NCBI GenBank assembly: GCA_964016885.1 | Contig: CAXHJY010001609.1 | Coordinates: 248,001 to 312,000, forward strand | Source of the DNA: Eledone cirrhosa | Taxonomy: Eukaryota | DNA length: 64,000 bases | Reading direction: 5' to 3' | In this document: one piece after another, positions 60,680-64,000 of the stretch | Position numbering within the stretch: the stretch's first letter is position 1 | Layout: every line of letters begins with the position of its first letter | The notes under the pieces: model-generated | Database searches by the model: none | Told to the model about the DNA's origin: nothing | The model's input: only the letters and a program-made list of their open reading frames with translations | Translations under genes and position numbers: made by a program

Positions 60680-63590
60680 CATATATATACATATATGCAT
60701 ACAGGTACACATACATATATGCACGCATCAGTTTAGCGGACGTTTATTACAACGCCGCTTTGTTCGTTTGTTTGTCAACAAACCGAACAGCCTGAATTTA
60801 TGCCATACGGTGTTAAGGCAACCACGTCACCTTTTTGTTCAACACTGACACAGGAACGATGTACTAGTTTCAAGCTTGTTAGCTATCATCAGCACCGTTT
60901 ACCCATCTGCCAGATAGTCGAACGTTCGAAAGTATATACTTTCCTTATGAAAATTAACGGCTGAGCAGCCTAATTTGCATATTGAGTGAGTTAAATCGGT
61001 CAGGCATACCGAAAACGATAAGTTGAAAAAAATGAAAACGAAATTTCATTTCTCACTCTTAGTATGGCACTTACTTAAATGTAAGTATGTATGTATACGT
61101 ACATACATACATGTATACAGACGTACAGTAGCATGCATATATATACATATATATATATACATATATATACATATATATACATATATACATACAGGTACAC
61201 ATACATATATGCACGCATCAGTTTAGCGGACGTTTATTACAACGCCGTTTTTTCGATTGTTTGTCAACAAACCGAACAGCCTGAATTTATGCCATACGGT
61301 GTTAAGGCAACCACGTCACCTTTTTGTTCAACACTGACACAGGAACGATGTACTAGTTTCAAGCTTGTTAGCTATCATCAGCACCGTTTACCCATCTGCC
61401 AGATAGTTGAACGTTCGAAAGTATATACTTTCCTTATGAAAATTAACGGCTGAGCAGCCTAATTTGCATATTGAGTGAGTTAAATCGGTCAGGCATACCG
61501 AAAACGATAAGTTGAAAAAAATGAAAACGAAATTTCATTTCTCACTCTTAGTATAGCACTTACTTAAATGTAAGTATGTATGTATACGTACATACATATA
61601 TGTATACAGACGTACAGTAGCATGCATATATATACATATATATATATATACATATATATACATATATATACATATATACATACAGGTACACATACATATA
61701 TGCACGCATCAGTTTAGCGGACGTTTATTACAACGCCGCTTTGTTCGTTTGTTTGTCAACAAACCGAAAAGCCTGAATTTATGCCATACGGTGTTAAGGC
61801 AACCACGTCACCTTTTTGTTCAACACTGACACAGGAACGATGTACTAGTTTCAAGTTTGTTAGCTATCATCAGCACCGTTTACCCATCTGCCAGATAGTT
61901 GAACGTTCGAAAGTATATACTTTCCTTATGAAAATTAACGGCTGAGCAGCCTAATTTGCATATTGAGTGAGTTAAATCGGTCAGGCATACCGAAAACGAT
62001 AAGTTGAAAAAAATGAAAATGAAATTTCATTTCTCACTCTTAGTATAGCACTTACTTAAATGTAAGTATGTATGTATACGTACATACATATATGTATACA
62101 GACGTACAGTAGCATGCATATATATACATATATATATATATACATATATATACATATATATACATATATACATACAGGTACACATACATATATGCACGCA
62201 TCAGTTTAGCGGACGTTTATTACAACGCCGCTTTGTTCGTTTGTTTGTCAACAAACCGAAAAGCCTGAATTTATGCCATACGGTGTTAAGGCAACCACGT
62301 CACCTTTTTGTTCAACACTGACACAGGAACGATGTACTAGTTTCAAGTTTGTTAGCTATCATCAGCACCGTTTACCCATCTGCCAGATAGTTGAACGTTC
62401 GAAAGTATATACTTTCCTTATGAAAATTAACGGCTGAGCAGCCTAATTTGCATATTGAGTGAGTTAAATCGGTCAGGCATACCGAAAACGATAAGTTGAA
62501 AAAAATGAAAATGAAATTTCATTTCTCACTCTTAGTATGGCACTTACTTAAATGTAAGTATGTATGTATACGTACATAATATATGTATACAGACGTACAG
62601 TAGCATGCATATATATACATATATATATATACATATATATACATATATATACATATGTACATACAGGTACACATACATATATGCACGCATCAGTTTAGTG
62701 GACGTTTATTACAACGCCGCTTTGTTTGTTTGTTTGTCAACAAACCGAACAGCCTGAATTTATGCCATACGGTGTTAAGGCAACCACGTCACCTTTTTGT
62801 TCAACACTGACACAGGAACGATGTACTAGTTTCAAGCTTGTTAGCTATCATCAGCACCGTTTACCCATCTGCCAGATAGTTGAACGTTCGAAAGTATATA
62901 CTTTCCTTATGAAAATTAACGGCTGAGCAGCCTAATTTGCATATTGAGTGAGTTAAATCGGTCAGGCATACCGAAAACGATAAGTTGAAAAAAATGAAAA
63001 CGAAATTTCATTTCTCACTCTTAGTATGGCACTTACTTAAATGTAAGTATGTATGTATACGTACATACATATATGTATACAGACGTACACTAGCATGCAT
63101 ATATATACATATATATATATATACATATATATACATATATATACATATATACATACAGCTACACATACATATATGCACGCATCAGTTTAGCGGACGTTTA
63201 TTACAACGCCGCTTTGTTCGTTTGTTTGTCAACAAACCGAACAGCCTGAATTTATGCCATACGGTGTTAAGGCAACCACGTCACCTTTTTGTTCAACATT
63301 GACACAGGAACGATGTACTAGTTTCAAGCTTGTTAGCTATCATCAGCACCGTTTACCCATCTGCCAGATAGTTGAACGTTCGAAAGTATATACTTTCCTT
63401 ATGAAAATTAACGGCTGAGCAGCCTAATTTGCATATTGAGTGAGTTAAATCGGTCAGGCATACCGAAAACGATAAGTTGAAAAAAATGAAAACGAACTTT
63501 CATTTCTCACTCTTAGTATGGCACTTACTTAAATGTAAGTATGTATGTATACGTACATACATATATGTATACAGACGTACAGTAGCATGC

Positions 63591-63621
<31 letters not shown>

Positions 63622-64000
63622 CATATATATACATATATGCATACAGGTACACATACATATATGCACGCATCAGTTTAGCGGACGTTTATTACAACGCCGC
63701 TTTGTTCGTTTGTTTGTCAACAAACCGAACAGCCTGAATTTATGCCATACGGTGTTAAGGCAACCACGTCACCTTTTTGTTCAACACTGACACAGGAACG
63801 ATGTACTAGTTTCAAGCTTGTTAGCTATCATCAGCACCGTTTACCCATCTGCCAGATAGTCGAACGTTCGAAAGTATATACTTTCCTTATGAAAATTAAC
63901 GGCTGAGCAGCCTAATTTGCATATTGAGTGAGTTAAATCGGTCAGGCATACCGAAAACGATAAGTTGAAAAAAATGAAAACGAAATTTCATTTCTCACTC
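46277..64000 (-). repeat. Tandem array of ~480-505-bp units (36 complete plus a partial), each with a minus-strand hammerhead; retrozyme-like satellite
   Basis: Unit starts AAGTTGAAAAAAATGAAAACG recur about every 490 bp. Length varies in an internal (TA/CA) tract. First HHR at 46600-46644. Confidence 0.95.

Noticed and set aside
46280-63790. Repeated ~105-aa ORFs ([10 protein letters not shown]...) as a tandem gene family
   Set aside because: The frame changes with the internal dinucleotide length, the IY runs come from the microsatellite, and no domain is recognisable.

Overview
AT-rich, microsatellite-dense animal genomic DNA; the SINE/LINE repertoire suggests an octopus or other cephalopod (inference). 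1-8 kb holds a frameshifted RTE-clade LINE, a Helitron relic and SINEs. 8.7-18.5 kb holds a 9-exon kinesin-6 (KIF20-like) motor-domain gene with a CCAAT/CHR-type promoter candidate. Its last three exons are duplicated in a ~8 kb palindrome centred at ~19760. From 24 kb there are (TA)n tracts, nested palindromes (centres ~36480 and ~41280, plus an outer pair 29.5-33.9 / 43.9-48.3 kb), a truncated Penelope-like GIY-YIG element, and a ~490-bp tandem array (36+ units) running off the window. The main unannotated signal is a set of type I hammerhead ribozyme (HHR) motifs, found by eye in six unrelated sequence contexts. One sits in each satellite unit, making the array look like a retrozyme. Others sit at the centre or ends of the palindromes, and the carrying elements mostly run 3' into (TA)n. 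Together this points to a Penelope/retrozyme system that targets (TA)n and is associated with inverted duplication of host DNA. Assembly artefact cannot be excluded for the near-perfect palindromes.
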